Shown: positions 1 through 7,564 of the stretch, in pieces | Layout: each line of letters opens with the position of its first letter | Position numbering within the stretch: position 1 is the first letter of the stretch | From: an uncultured archaeon | Lineage (GTDB): Archaea > Asgardarchaeota > Thorarchaeia > Thorarchaeales > Thorarchaeaceae | DNA: 10,169 nucleotides | Assembly (NCBI GenBank): GCA_964610875.1 | Contig: CAZSWP010000071.1 | Location: 1-10,169 of the forward strand | Direction of reading: 5' to 3' | Made by a program: the position numbers and the translations under genes | Notes under the pieces: generated by a model | The model's database searches: none | What the model was told of the DNA's origin: nothing | Seen by the model: the letters and a program-made list of their open reading frames with translations, nothing else

Positions 1-1070
1 ATTTCGAAAATGTCACTTTCTAAGAATTTTGTTTCTTCATGGTCAGAAGTTAGTGTAATATTGTTTTTGAAATAGGGTTTCTTAGGTTCTGTACGGATTG
101 GCCATATCATTTCCCAAATCAGGTTATCTTTTTCATCTAGGTCCTTTTGAACTTTAAAATCAAATTGCTTATCAGCTAGTCTCACGATACTGGCAATTGC
201 TTCTGTTCTTACAATAGCTGGATATTCTCCTTCAACCCCAGCTAGTTTCATGAGCATGTTCACTAACCGTCTGAGATTACCATTATCATAGTCTTTCTTA
301 GCGATACCCTTTACCAGTAATTGGGCCAAAGACAAGAATCTTTTCGATATCCTTGTTAGCACTTTCCTAGGAATTCCATATTGGGTTCTGTTTCTAATAT
401 TGTATTCAATAATGTCAATCTCGGATTTGGTAAAAAATGAATCTGGTCCTCTAGGAATTTGCAAATCTTCTACTTCTACCTTGATAGGATGCTGTAGGAG
501 TTGATTGGGTGCTTGAATTAGTTGCCTTATTCCCGTTTCAAGAATCTTTACATAATTCACAATGAAAACAAGTTCCCAAATATTAACATCATAGAACTTC
601 TGAATCCAATCAACTGGTTTGAGGTGTTCAGTCCTTTTTCTGAATCCTGTGGTCTTCTCAAATGGTATCCTTTCTCTACTTAGAAATGATGCGAGATCTT
701 GGGAAGAATCCACAGCAATTCTAGAGGTGAAGAATGAATCATGCCCCAACAATGAAACAATCAGTCTTGTGTTTTCATTCATGACCCTCATTAATCTTCG
801 AGTGTCTATTTTCCATGTTATCCAAATTATCCCATACAGAAAGGCAAGAATCAGTAGAAGGAAAAACACTGAAACTGTCACGACGACTGGTGTTCCTGAG
901 GGGAGATCGAAGAATACTGGATTAATCAATCCCAGTAGATCTACCACAAGCTCAGCATACTGTGGAAAAAGATAGAATGTGACAAGTAGGATTCCTAGAA
1001 TTAGAAGGAATATCTTCGTGTGCTGTAGTTTACTCCTTATCCAATTACGGTAGTCATTGAAATACTCCAC
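1..1070 (-). CDS. Hypothetical membrane protein with two N-terminal TM helices and a large soluble domain; 3' end lies outside the window (>355 aa)
   Basis: Hand translation shows an uninterrupted minus-strand frame from GTG at 1070-1068 (preceded by GGGTG SD-like) to the window edge: MEYFNDYRNWIRSKLQHTKIFLLILGILLVTFYLFPQY...VVVTVSVFFLLLILAFLYGIIWITWKIDTRRLMR...HEETKFLESDIFE. Probably absent from the ORF track because there is no stop codon in the window. No family recognised. Confidence 0.85.
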   Translation of the reverse strand, partial: MEYFNDYRNWIRSKLQHTKIFLLILGILLVTFYLFPQYAELVVDLLGLINPVFFDLPSGTPVVVTVSVFFLLLILAFLYGIIWITWKIDTRRLMRVMNENTRLIVSLLGHDSFFTSRIAVDSSQDLASFLSRERIPFEKTTGFRKRTEHLKPVDWIQKFYDVNIWELVFIVNYVKILETGIRQLIQAPNQLLQHPIKVEVEDLQIPRGPDSFFTKSEIDIIEYNIRNRTQYGIPRKVLTRISKRFLSLAQLLVKGIAKKDYDNGNLRRLVNMLMKLAGVEGEYPAIVRTEAIASIVRLADKQFDFKVQKDLDEKDNLIWEMIWPIRTEPKKPYFKNNITLTSDHEETKFLESDIFE

Positions 1071-1129
1071 ACGAACACCCAATCCTTTTGCTTAACCCAA
1101 CAGAACTGACTAATGAATTATTGGGGTAC

Positions 1130-1924
1130 TCATATAATGCCTTTCTCTATCATTTTCAATGATATTTGAAGTGATAGAATGCAATGGTCTGTCGCAGGAT
1201 AATCTGGGTATTTGGAATAATGTTTCATTTCTATAATTTGTGAAAGGACATCATCACTGTAATCTATGGGGATGAGTTGGGAATGCTCTGGAAGTCTAAT
1301 AGAAATCGATTCTGAATCAATAGATATTGGGACTAGCGTCACAAGACTCGTGTCGTGATTACTTCCCCATACTCCGCCTATTAGTTTCATTTCTGAAGTA
1401 TCTATATTCTTTAAAGTGATGGAGGTTTCTTCTTGGATTTCCCTGATTGCGGTTTCAAATGGATGTTCCGGAATTACTGACCAAGCTTCGGGCATGTCGG
1501 GGTTGGAAATTACGAATGGTTCTATGAATCCCCCTCCTACAAAGTGAAGCATGCCTCCTTGATCGCTTCCTTTCCTTATCCCTAGAACTAATTTCTTATC
1601 TGATGTAAGGAGGATTGTTGTTACACTGAGAGGATTAGGGTAGTCTGACATTATCTGGTATTTTTGGTCTCTAAGAACGAAATGCCACTTGTAGCTTGAA
1701 CGGCTGACTTTGATAGCAAGCATATGATCAAATTGATCAAAACTCTCAAATCTCCAAAGAGGTAAGTCTACAGTGTCGTTAGGTCTATTCTCCCAGCCTT
1801 TCTGAACAATATTTGCTTGTTTATCAGAGGGATTAAAACTCGTTGGGATTTGGTATATTTTTGTAACATCTCTGTACCACACACCATCGAAGAGGATTTT
1901 ACTTTCAATACCCAATGAGAACAC
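1130..1924 (-). CDS. Nudix hydrolase, NUDT22-like architecture
   Basis: Contains NPLSVTTILLTSDKKLVLGIR, then HFVGGGFIEP, an insertion, and FETAIREIQEETSI (Nudix box REUxEE). Has an N-terminal extension of about 95 aa. The true start may be TTG at 1915, with AGGTG as the SD. Confidence 0.85.
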   Translation of the reverse strand: MFSLGIESKILFDGVWYRDVTKIYQIPTSFNPSDKQANIVQKGWENRPNDTVDLPLWRFESFDQFDHMLAIKVSRSSYKWHFVLRDQKYQIMSDYPNPLSVTTILLTSDKKLVLGIRKGSDQGGMLHFVGGGFIEPFVISNPDMPEAWSVIPEHPFETAIREIQEETSITLKNIDTSEMKLIGGVWGSNHDTSLVTLVPISIDSESISIRLPEHSQLIPIDYSDDVLSQIIEMKHYSKYPDYPATDHCILSLQISLKMIEKGII

Positions 1925-1974
1925 CTGTTACTTTAGAATTGCAATCCTGTTTATAGAATCATCTGTCCAAATGA

Positions 1975-2051
1975 ATCCATTATTTAAATCCCCCAAAAAC
2001 CATGCTGATTTAAATGGATGATTAGGAATGTAAATAATTATTCAAATAATT
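1975..2051. promoter_or_regulatory. Divergent promoter region with a 9-bp inverted repeat (ATTTAAATC-N16-GATTTAAAT) and an AT-rich palindrome/direct repeat
   Basis: Arms at 1982-1990 and 2007-2015 each contain TTTAAA (TATA-like). AATAATTATT palindrome at 2033-2042. AAATAATT at 2032 and 2044. Lies between the divergent Nudix and MFS genes. Confidence 0.4.
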
Positions 2052-2091
2052 TGTATATGGTTAGGAGTTGTGCTAGCTGACAGTCATTGAT

Positions 2092-3702
2092 ATGTTTAGA
2101 CGTATATTCACACGAAATGGGATAATTCTGATTTCAGTCCCATTATCTGGTGGATTGATGTGGATTTTGCATTTCATTTTGGAATTCTCAACATTGAGAA
2201 AACTCACTCCAAGTGCAGAACTCTTTCAACCCGCGTTCATTCTCTTTCATCTCGCAGCAGTACCCTTTGGGTGTCTATTCTACATCTCAACTTCTTCAAG
2301 ATGGAACCCATACAAAGCATTCGTACCATCACTAACACTCCTGACTGCCACGTTGATTGGGATGGTCTGGCTTCCATATATTGACCTAGGATATACTGGG
2401 TATTATGCATTGAGTACAATCTTTATTTCATTTCTTATTCTCCTTACTTTCGCAGGTTTTCTAAATGGTACAATTCTATCAATCACAATGATTACTGCAT
2501 TTCCTTCATTTGATAATCCTGAATATAATGGAAGATTCTATTTTGCGGCAACTGCCTTTCTGTGTCCTATTGTTATTGCTGCGGCATGGTTGGATGAACT
2601 GAATAATCCTCTTTTCTACAGCATATACCTGCTGCTCATATTCTTGGCTATTGCTGTCTGCTTCACGCTAGGTCATGAGCAACTAAATGAACATCCTCCA
2701 AGATGCTCGAACATTCGAGCATTATTGAGACAGACGGAGGTTTGGCCGTCTATTCTTCTATTATTCTTTGTTGGCTTCTTTTTCACAAACACCTATTTTG
2801 CAGCCGTCATCCTTCTCGATTATACTAATCTTCTTGGATTTCTCAACATGTTCGTCATGATTCTTTTTTGTACGTGTCTTGTGGCTACTGTTCCAAGTGG
2901 CATTTTATTCGACAAGCTAGGACGAAGATGGAGTCTCCTAATCGGGTTCTACCTCCAAGCAATTGCATTCTTATTGCTCTCGTTCTTTCCCCCCGCACAA
3001 AATCCACTAATGATTGAAGTCATATTTCCCATACTCATAGCTTTCGGGTTCACAATCTCAACATTCGGATCATTACTGTTTTCCTTGGAACTTGCTCCAA
3101 GTGGGTTTCTACGAGTGCATCAAGGTATCTCTTGGGCTTTATTTGGTGTGGGAATGACAGTCGGGGCTGCTACTGATATTTTTCTATATTCACTAATTAC
3201 ATCATCACCTGCGTATCTACCACTCGTCTTAGTATTTGCGTTATTCACCGCAACAATAATTGTACTGCAGTTGAAAGAAACTCTTCCATCACGTGGCGAG
3301 TTGGAATGGAAACACAAAATAGAACACTTACTGGTCCTTTCAAAAGGTGGCCTCCCACTTTATTCAGAACGACTTAGCAAATCTCCTGCACCTGAAACAA
3401 CTGCTGATGAGATGCTTGTTGGAGGTGCATTAACAGGAATCACTGAACTTGTGAAAGAGATTTCTCAAAGAGCAGGAAAACTGAAAGTAATTCAACAAGA
3501 AGGATATTGTATTCTTCTCGAAGAAGGACGCGAAGTCATTGTCGCAGTTATGGCACTTGAGGAACTTGGTATCATTAGATCCAAGACTCAAGACTTCCTA
3601 GAAGAATTTCAACGTTTCTTTGGTGAGCTTGTTACCGAATGGGAAGGCAATCCAAAAGTATTCAGTCCAACAAAAGAGATTGTTAAGGAGTATTTCCATT
3701 AA
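2092..3702 (+). CDS. MFS transporter fused to a C-terminal longin/roadblock-like domain
   Basis: About 12 hydrophobic segments in aa 1-395. MFS motif A GILFDKLGRR at 2899-2928. LKETL after the last TM. Soluble tail of about 128 aa (3316-3699): IEHLLVLSKGGLPLYS...DEMLVGGALTGITELVKEI...LKVIQQEGYCILLEEGREVIVAVMA...KTQDFLEEFQRFF, consistent with a beta-beta-alpha-beta-beta-beta-alpha-alpha longin pattern. Confidence 0.85.
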   Translation: MFRRIFTRNGIILISVPLSGGLMWILHFILEFSTLRKLTPSAELFQPAFILFHLAAVPFGCLFYISTSSRWNPYKAFVPSLTLLTATLIGMVWLPYIDLGYTGYYALSTIFISFLILLTFAGFLNGTILSITMITAFPSFDNPEYNGRFYFAATAFLCPIVIAAAWLDELNNPLFYSIYLLLIFLAIAVCFTLGHEQLNEHPPRCSNIRALLRQTEVWPSILLLFFVGFFFTNTYFAAVILLDYTNLLGFLNMFVMILFCTCLVATVPSGILFDKLGRRWSLLIGFYLQAIAFLLLSFFPPAQNPLMIEVIFPILIAFGFTISTFGSLLFSLELAPSGFLRVHQGISWALFGVGMTVGAATDIFLYSLITSSPAYLPLVLVFALFTATIIVLQLKETLPSRGELEWKHKIEHLLVLSKGGLPLYSERLSKSPAPETTADEMLVGGALTGITELVKEISQRAGKLKVIQQEGYCILLEEGREVIVAVMALEELGIIRSKTQDFLEEFQRFFGELVTEWEGNPKVFSPTKEIVKEYFH

Positions 3703-3704
3703 GT

Positions 3705-3713
3705 AAAAAAAAA
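3705..3713 (-). terminator. Oligo-T (T9) archaeal-type terminator for the serpin-like gene
   Basis: A9 run on + equals T9 on -, 11 nt after the TAG stop at 3725, within the 22-nt gap between convergent genes. Confidence 0.55.
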
Positions 3714-3724
3714 CTCCATAATTT

Positions 3725-4633
3725 CTACATCTCAAGTCCACCAGGATCCTTCCAGACATCTTTGTTTAGATATCCAACAAACAGTGGCTTACTAAGATTC
3801 GGTCGAGAAATCCACATCAAGAAGGGTCTGTTGATCACATAGGGTGTGACTTTTGGTGGCATGCCTTTTGCTAGCATTCCGATGGCTGCAGCACTTTTCA
3901 CTCGAAATCCTTTTTCATTCATTTTCAATTTCGTCTGTTGTAATGCCTGTGCAATGAAATAGTAAGGTACGGGTCCATCTGGTGTCAGTAACCGCATACC
4001 CAGTAGCCAATCTACTTCCTTTTCAATATCTAAATCCACCATGGGAAATATGACACCGTTGTGTTGAACATGGATTGGTTTCATCTCATTAGTGAGTCTT
4101 TCAACCAGTTTTATTATCTCAATTCCCTCTGGTACCTCTTCTAACATCATGAGATAGACGAGATCATCACCCTTGGTCTTTAACTCAACAATGAATGAAT
4201 CATGGTCCTCTACAGAATGGAACGCATAATCCGATTGTATCTTGACTCCTGGATATTTTTGACGGTCATCATCGAAGACATGATTTTGACTTCCTGAAGA
4301 TAACCATTCTCCAACTACATCTAGAATGCTCACAACTCCGAATCCATCACCACCAAAAGGATCCAGTTGGATACTGAATCCATTTTCTTTCAGCCACTTA
4401 TTTAGTACAAAAACATCACTGTGTGCGATACTCCTAATTTCTTCAATCCTATGGGCATCTCCCCTACACCAATCGAAGACTTCTTTCATGAACTTCTTCT
4501 GTACTTCGTTGATAGGCTCCCATTCAGTAGAATGTTCAAGATAGTCCATTGCTTTCAATAGTGCTGAAACAATGGGATATACAACTACTGTTGAAGTTTC
4601 ACTTGTAAGGTTCTCTGACTTGTTCATTGGCAT
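3725..4633 (-). CDS. Serpin-fold protein, shortened, with atypical hinge
   Basis: Serpin landmarks occur in the expected order: VVYPIVSALL (s6B/hB), LNKWLKENG (hF), VVSILDVVGEW (s3A), IVELKTKGDDLVYLMML (s2B/s3B), VIFPMVDLD (s2C/s6A), IAQALQQTKLKMNEKG (s5A/hinge), YVINRPFLMWI...PLFVGYL...DP (C-terminal signature). The start may be the second ATG at 4627, which follows GGGAG. Confidence 0.8.
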   Translation of the reverse strand: MPMNKSENLTSETSTVVVYPIVSALLKAMDYLEHSTEWEPINEVQKKFMKEVFDWCRGDAHRIEEIRSIAHSDVFVLNKWLKENGFSIQLDPFGGDGFGVVSILDVVGEWLSSGSQNHVFDDDRQKYPGVKIQSDYAFHSVEDHDSFIVELKTKGDDLVYLMMLEEVPEGIEIIKLVERLTNEMKPIHVQHNGVIFPMVDLDIEKEVDWLLGMRLLTPDGPVPYYFIAQALQQTKLKMNEKGFRVKSAAAIGMLAKGMPPKVTPYVINRPFLMWISRPNLSKPLFVGYLNKDVWKDPGGLEM

Positions 4634-4707
4634 CTCCCAAGCAACCTGTACGAATATTGTTCGTGTTATCTTACCAAGAGATAAGTCTTCGTAATTATAT
4701 CAGACTG

Positions 4708-4713
4708 AAAAAA
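4708..4713 (-). terminator. Probable oligo-T (T6) terminator after the acyl-CoA synthetase gene
   Basis: The minus strand reads TAG-A-TTTTTT directly after the stop. A TATAATTA box at about 4692-4699 (-) suggests the serpin gene has its own promoter. Confidence 0.35.
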
Positions 4714-4714
4714 T

Positions 4715-6151
4715 CTAGAAATTATCTCTTCTTCTTTTTTCATAATATGAAGAAACGTGGTTTAATGCAGTGACAGCTTCGCTAATATTCCGAAATACTG
4801 GAATATCATATTTTACAAAAATATCCCATGCTTCTTTTCTCGCATCTGGATACGCAACGTCAGGAATAGCTGCGAGGAACGGTTTCTTCTTCTTCTCAAT
4901 TATCATCTTACCTGATTGTGCGATTGCTTCCCAGAAATGGTTGACCACATCTGCGGCATCCATGATGGAAGAGACTTGGAAAATATTATGAACATCTGCT
5001 TCAAAAATTATCGAGTCGAAATTCTCTTCATCACCAACGATTCTGATAACTTCAGAAATGGTCTGGTCCTGATAATAATCTGCGGCAAGGTCAATTGGAT
5101 TTCCGAGACCTGTACCAACATCCCGGATCAATGGATCTAGTTTCTTTATAGTATCTTCAGATGTCTTTGGGACTTTCAGACCTGCCTCTATACAGAGATC
5201 TGTATAGATAACGCTAGTTCCTCCACTGATTGCCACAAGTCCTACATTCTTTGACTTTGGTGCAGGACACACTGAAAAGACACTCATTGTGGAAACCATT
5301 TCCTCCAGTGTTCTTACGGTTGGAACATTGGATTGAATGAATGCTGAATCCCAGATTTGTTTTGACCCAGCTAATGCCCCTGTGTGTGAAGATGCTGCTC
5401 GTGATCCCTCTGCTGACCTTCCACCTTTGAGAATTACCACGGGTTTCTTCTTTGCAAGTTCTCTGAGATTTTGAAAAAGAGTCCTTCCGTCCTTGGTTCC
5501 TTCTAAATATGCTCCAACTACCTTAGTTTCGTCGTCATCAATGAAGTAATCCAGAATCTCGTGAGATGTGATATCTATCTGATTACCAAAGCTGAATAGC
5601 TTACTGAAACCAACACCAGACTCAACACCTGCTGTATACACTGCAATGGCTACCCCTCCAGATTGAGAGAGAAAACCTGCGTTACCTGCGAGTCTTTTCG
5701 CAGTAGGCATGAAAGCAAATCCGAGTTTGGGATACGTAAGCCCCATACAATTAGGCCCCAAAACCCTCATTGGAATACTATGCACAAGTTCTCTAAGACT
5801 GGCTTCATACTGCCTTCCTTTATCGGTTCCCAATTCTGAATAACCACTTGTAAAAATAGTGACTCCCTTCGCTCCTTTTGCGTAACACTGCTTAACAACA
5901 GGTTCTACAAATCTCTGAGGGACTGCAATGATAGCATAGTCGATATTTTCAGGTAGTTCGCCAACATTCTCGTATATCTTCTTACCGAGAACCTCTCCAC
6001 CACGATGAGAAACAAGCCAGATATTCAAATCGTGGTCCCACTGCAACATAGAATGAGCCCAATAGTATCCGAGCTTAACTGAAACACCCACTATCGCAAC
6101 GGATTTGATCTTTAGCATCTCCTTGATGCTTGGTCTTTGAACTTGAATCAT
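4715..6151 (-). CDS. acdA: Acyl/acetate-CoA ligase (ADP/NDP-forming), alpha subunit family
   Basis: CoA-binding Rossmann start (SVAIVGVS), IDYAIIAVP, FTSGYSELG, LGPNCMG, LSQSGG, SFGNQIDI, YLEG, LKGGRS, phospho-His motif SHTGALAG (H256), SGG and NPIDL. No ATP-grasp domain. Substrate specificity cannot be assigned. Confidence 0.92.
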   Translation of the reverse strand: MIQVQRPSIKEMLKIKSVAIVGVSVKLGYYWAHSMLQWDHDLNIWLVSHRGGEVLGKKIYENVGELPENIDYAIIAVPQRFVEPVVKQCYAKGAKGVTIFTSGYSELGTDKGRQYEASLRELVHSIPMRVLGPNCMGLTYPKLGFAFMPTAKRLAGNAGFLSQSGGVAIAVYTAGVESGVGFSKLFSFGNQIDITSHEILDYFIDDDETKVVGAYLEGTKDGRTLFQNLRELAKKKPVVILKGGRSAEGSRAASSHTGALAGSKQIWDSAFIQSNVPTVRTLEEMVSTMSVFSVCPAPKSKNVGLVAISGGTSVIYTDLCIEAGLKVPKTSEDTIKKLDPLIRDVGTGLGNPIDLAADYYQDQTISEVIRIVGDEENFDSIIFEADVHNIFQVSSIMDAADVVNHFWEAIAQSGKMIIEKKKKPFLAAIPDVAYPDARKEAWDIFVKYDIPVFRNISEAVTALNHVSSYYEKRRRDNF

Positions 6152-6228
6152 GTATTGTCCCTCTGGGCTCCAGCTGAGGAAAACTATACGAGATTTAAGA
6201 GTAGTGCAATCATCGTTTAGCCAATCGG

Positions 6229-6236
6229 TTTATTTA
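6229..6236 (+). promoter_or_regulatory. TATA-like box; probable leaderless transcript for the 6261 gene
   Basis: TTTATTTA lies 25-32 nt upstream of ATG 6261, and no SD precedes the ATG. Confidence 0.35.
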
Positions 6237-6260
6237 CATCCTTCTTTTGAAATTTGAAAT

Positions 6261-7403
6261 ATGTCGGGCAACTACGGTATTGCACAAGTATGGACACGGT
6301 ACCGTAGGTATTTGATTCTCTCACTTTTATTGACATTCATACTTGTTCCCGTTGTAGACTCGTTTGTCATTCAACGGGATAGAAATAGAAACATGGTGTT
6401 TGGAGAGTTATTCTGGTCTGAAGGCCTTGATGTTTATGATATGAATGACCAGTATCTAAATGAAACATTTGATGTTCCAGAAGATCATTTACTTACTGAT
6501 GTACTAAACGTAACCTACGAATACCCGCTAATCACCCTTCTATTTTATGCACTCATTGCGGGAATTGAACCTGGAATTTACGGTCCACATTATCTGGTCA
6601 ATTGGATAACACTATTGATTGCTCATCTCAACCTTATACTATTCCTATATCTTGGACAGGGGCAATGGGATAAAAAATGGTTCTGGCAATTCTTTGGTAC
6701 TTACTATATCTTTACAGTCGGATTATCTCTTTTTTTTGCTAAAACAGAACCACTTGCAGATCTGTTCTGGTTGATTGCTATAGTATTCTATAAAGGCCGA
6801 AGATATTGGTTCTCACAGGGTATGCTTGCAATCGCGACCCAAACTAAATTGTATCCTGCAATGATAGAGCCTGTACTTTTGATTGCGAACCCTCTCTCAT
6901 CTATTTCATTCATCATAGTAAATGCATTGTTGCTTCTTCCATTCATTCTTAATGGTAAGGGATATGATACTCTATTCAATCATGTTTTCAACAGAGAAGG
7001 GTACGCTAGCATGATCACTAATCCGTTCTACATTGGTTGGATAGGATCCAATATCTTGGCAATTATCCCCATAATTGTTCTATTGATTGCCTTTGCATAT
7101 GCCATCTTTGCAGGAAAGAGAACTAATGGAATTCTTCTTCCTCTAGGCAATCTGGAAGTGCGTTCAGCAAGAACAATTCTCATTTTCATCTTGCCATTTA
7201 TTCTTGTTCTCTTTTCTTGGGTACTTATGTGGTACTATGCATGGTTCATTATTCCAGTTCTTCTAATCGAGGAAAGTAAGGAAGCTTCTAGGTATAGATA
7301 CATACTTCTTGGCATTGGATTTGCTCATGTTTTTGGAATTCTTATTAACTTGGACTACTTCATTCTTGGACCAATTGCTGAATTTCTTGGGCATCTAAAG
7401 TGA
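6261..7403 (+). CDS. Polytopic GT-C fold glycosyltransferase (GT87/DUF2029, PIG-M-like)
   Basis: About 10 TM segments. Acidic first external loop ending in YEYPLITLLF, mid-protein AIATQTKLYP, and late MWYYAWFIIP. These match the EYP / KxxP / xY..W..P motifs of GT87-type mannosyltransferases. Confidence 0.7.
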   Translation: MSGNYGIAQVWTRYRRYLILSLLLTFILVPVVDSFVIQRDRNRNMVFGELFWSEGLDVYDMNDQYLNETFDVPEDHLLTDVLNVTYEYPLITLLFYALIAGIEPGIYGPHYLVNWITLLIAHLNLILFLYLGQGQWDKKWFWQFFGTYYIFTVGLSLFFAKTEPLADLFWLIAIVFYKGRRYWFSQGMLAIATQTKLYPAMIEPVLLIANPLSSISFIIVNALLLLPFILNGKGYDTLFNHVFNREGYASMITNPFYIGWIGSNILAIIPIIVLLIAFAYAIFAGKRTNGILLPLGNLEVRSARTILIFILPFILVLFSWVLMWYYAWFIIPVLLIEESKEASRYRYILLGIGFAHVFGILINLDYFILGPIAEFLGHLK

Positions 7404-7564
7404 TTTTGAGTTCATAAATCGGAACCTTTAATCATCATGTGGTATGAAAAAAAATAGTGCTTTCCATATCGAAAGTGCTTTATGCCGTCCAAAAACCCAC
7501 CCGTCAATACATCAATTACGCTGCTATTTGAGAGAGTAGTACTACGGAATGGTGACATCATCAA

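Noticed and set aside
619-975. 118-aa plus-strand ORF from the track
   Set aside because: Antisense shadow of the longer minus-strand membrane protein ORF (<1-1070); no recognisable features.
1118-1132. Selenocysteine or readthrough at the Nudix TGA stop
   Set aside because: An in-frame TAA follows four codons later and no SECIS-like element was seen.
2160-3317. Short ORFs 2160-2384, 2237-2419 and 3120-3317
   Set aside because: Nested within or antisense to the MFS gene; no motifs.
4651-4663. Resemblance to the Gram-positive LexA box (CGAAC-N4-GTTCG)
   Set aside because: The spacer is 3 nt, one arm is mismatched, and the context is archaeal.
4326-5140. Short ORFs 4326-4544, 4770-4991 and 4916-5140
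   Set aside because: Antisense shadows of the serpin and ACD genes.
7404-7564. Possible VapB antitoxin or ncRNA upstream of the PIN gene; AGTGCTTT repeat (7456, 7474) and GTAGTACTAC palindrome (7536-7545)
   Set aside because: No convincing ORF or extended stable structure; the repeats are too short to distinguish from chance.
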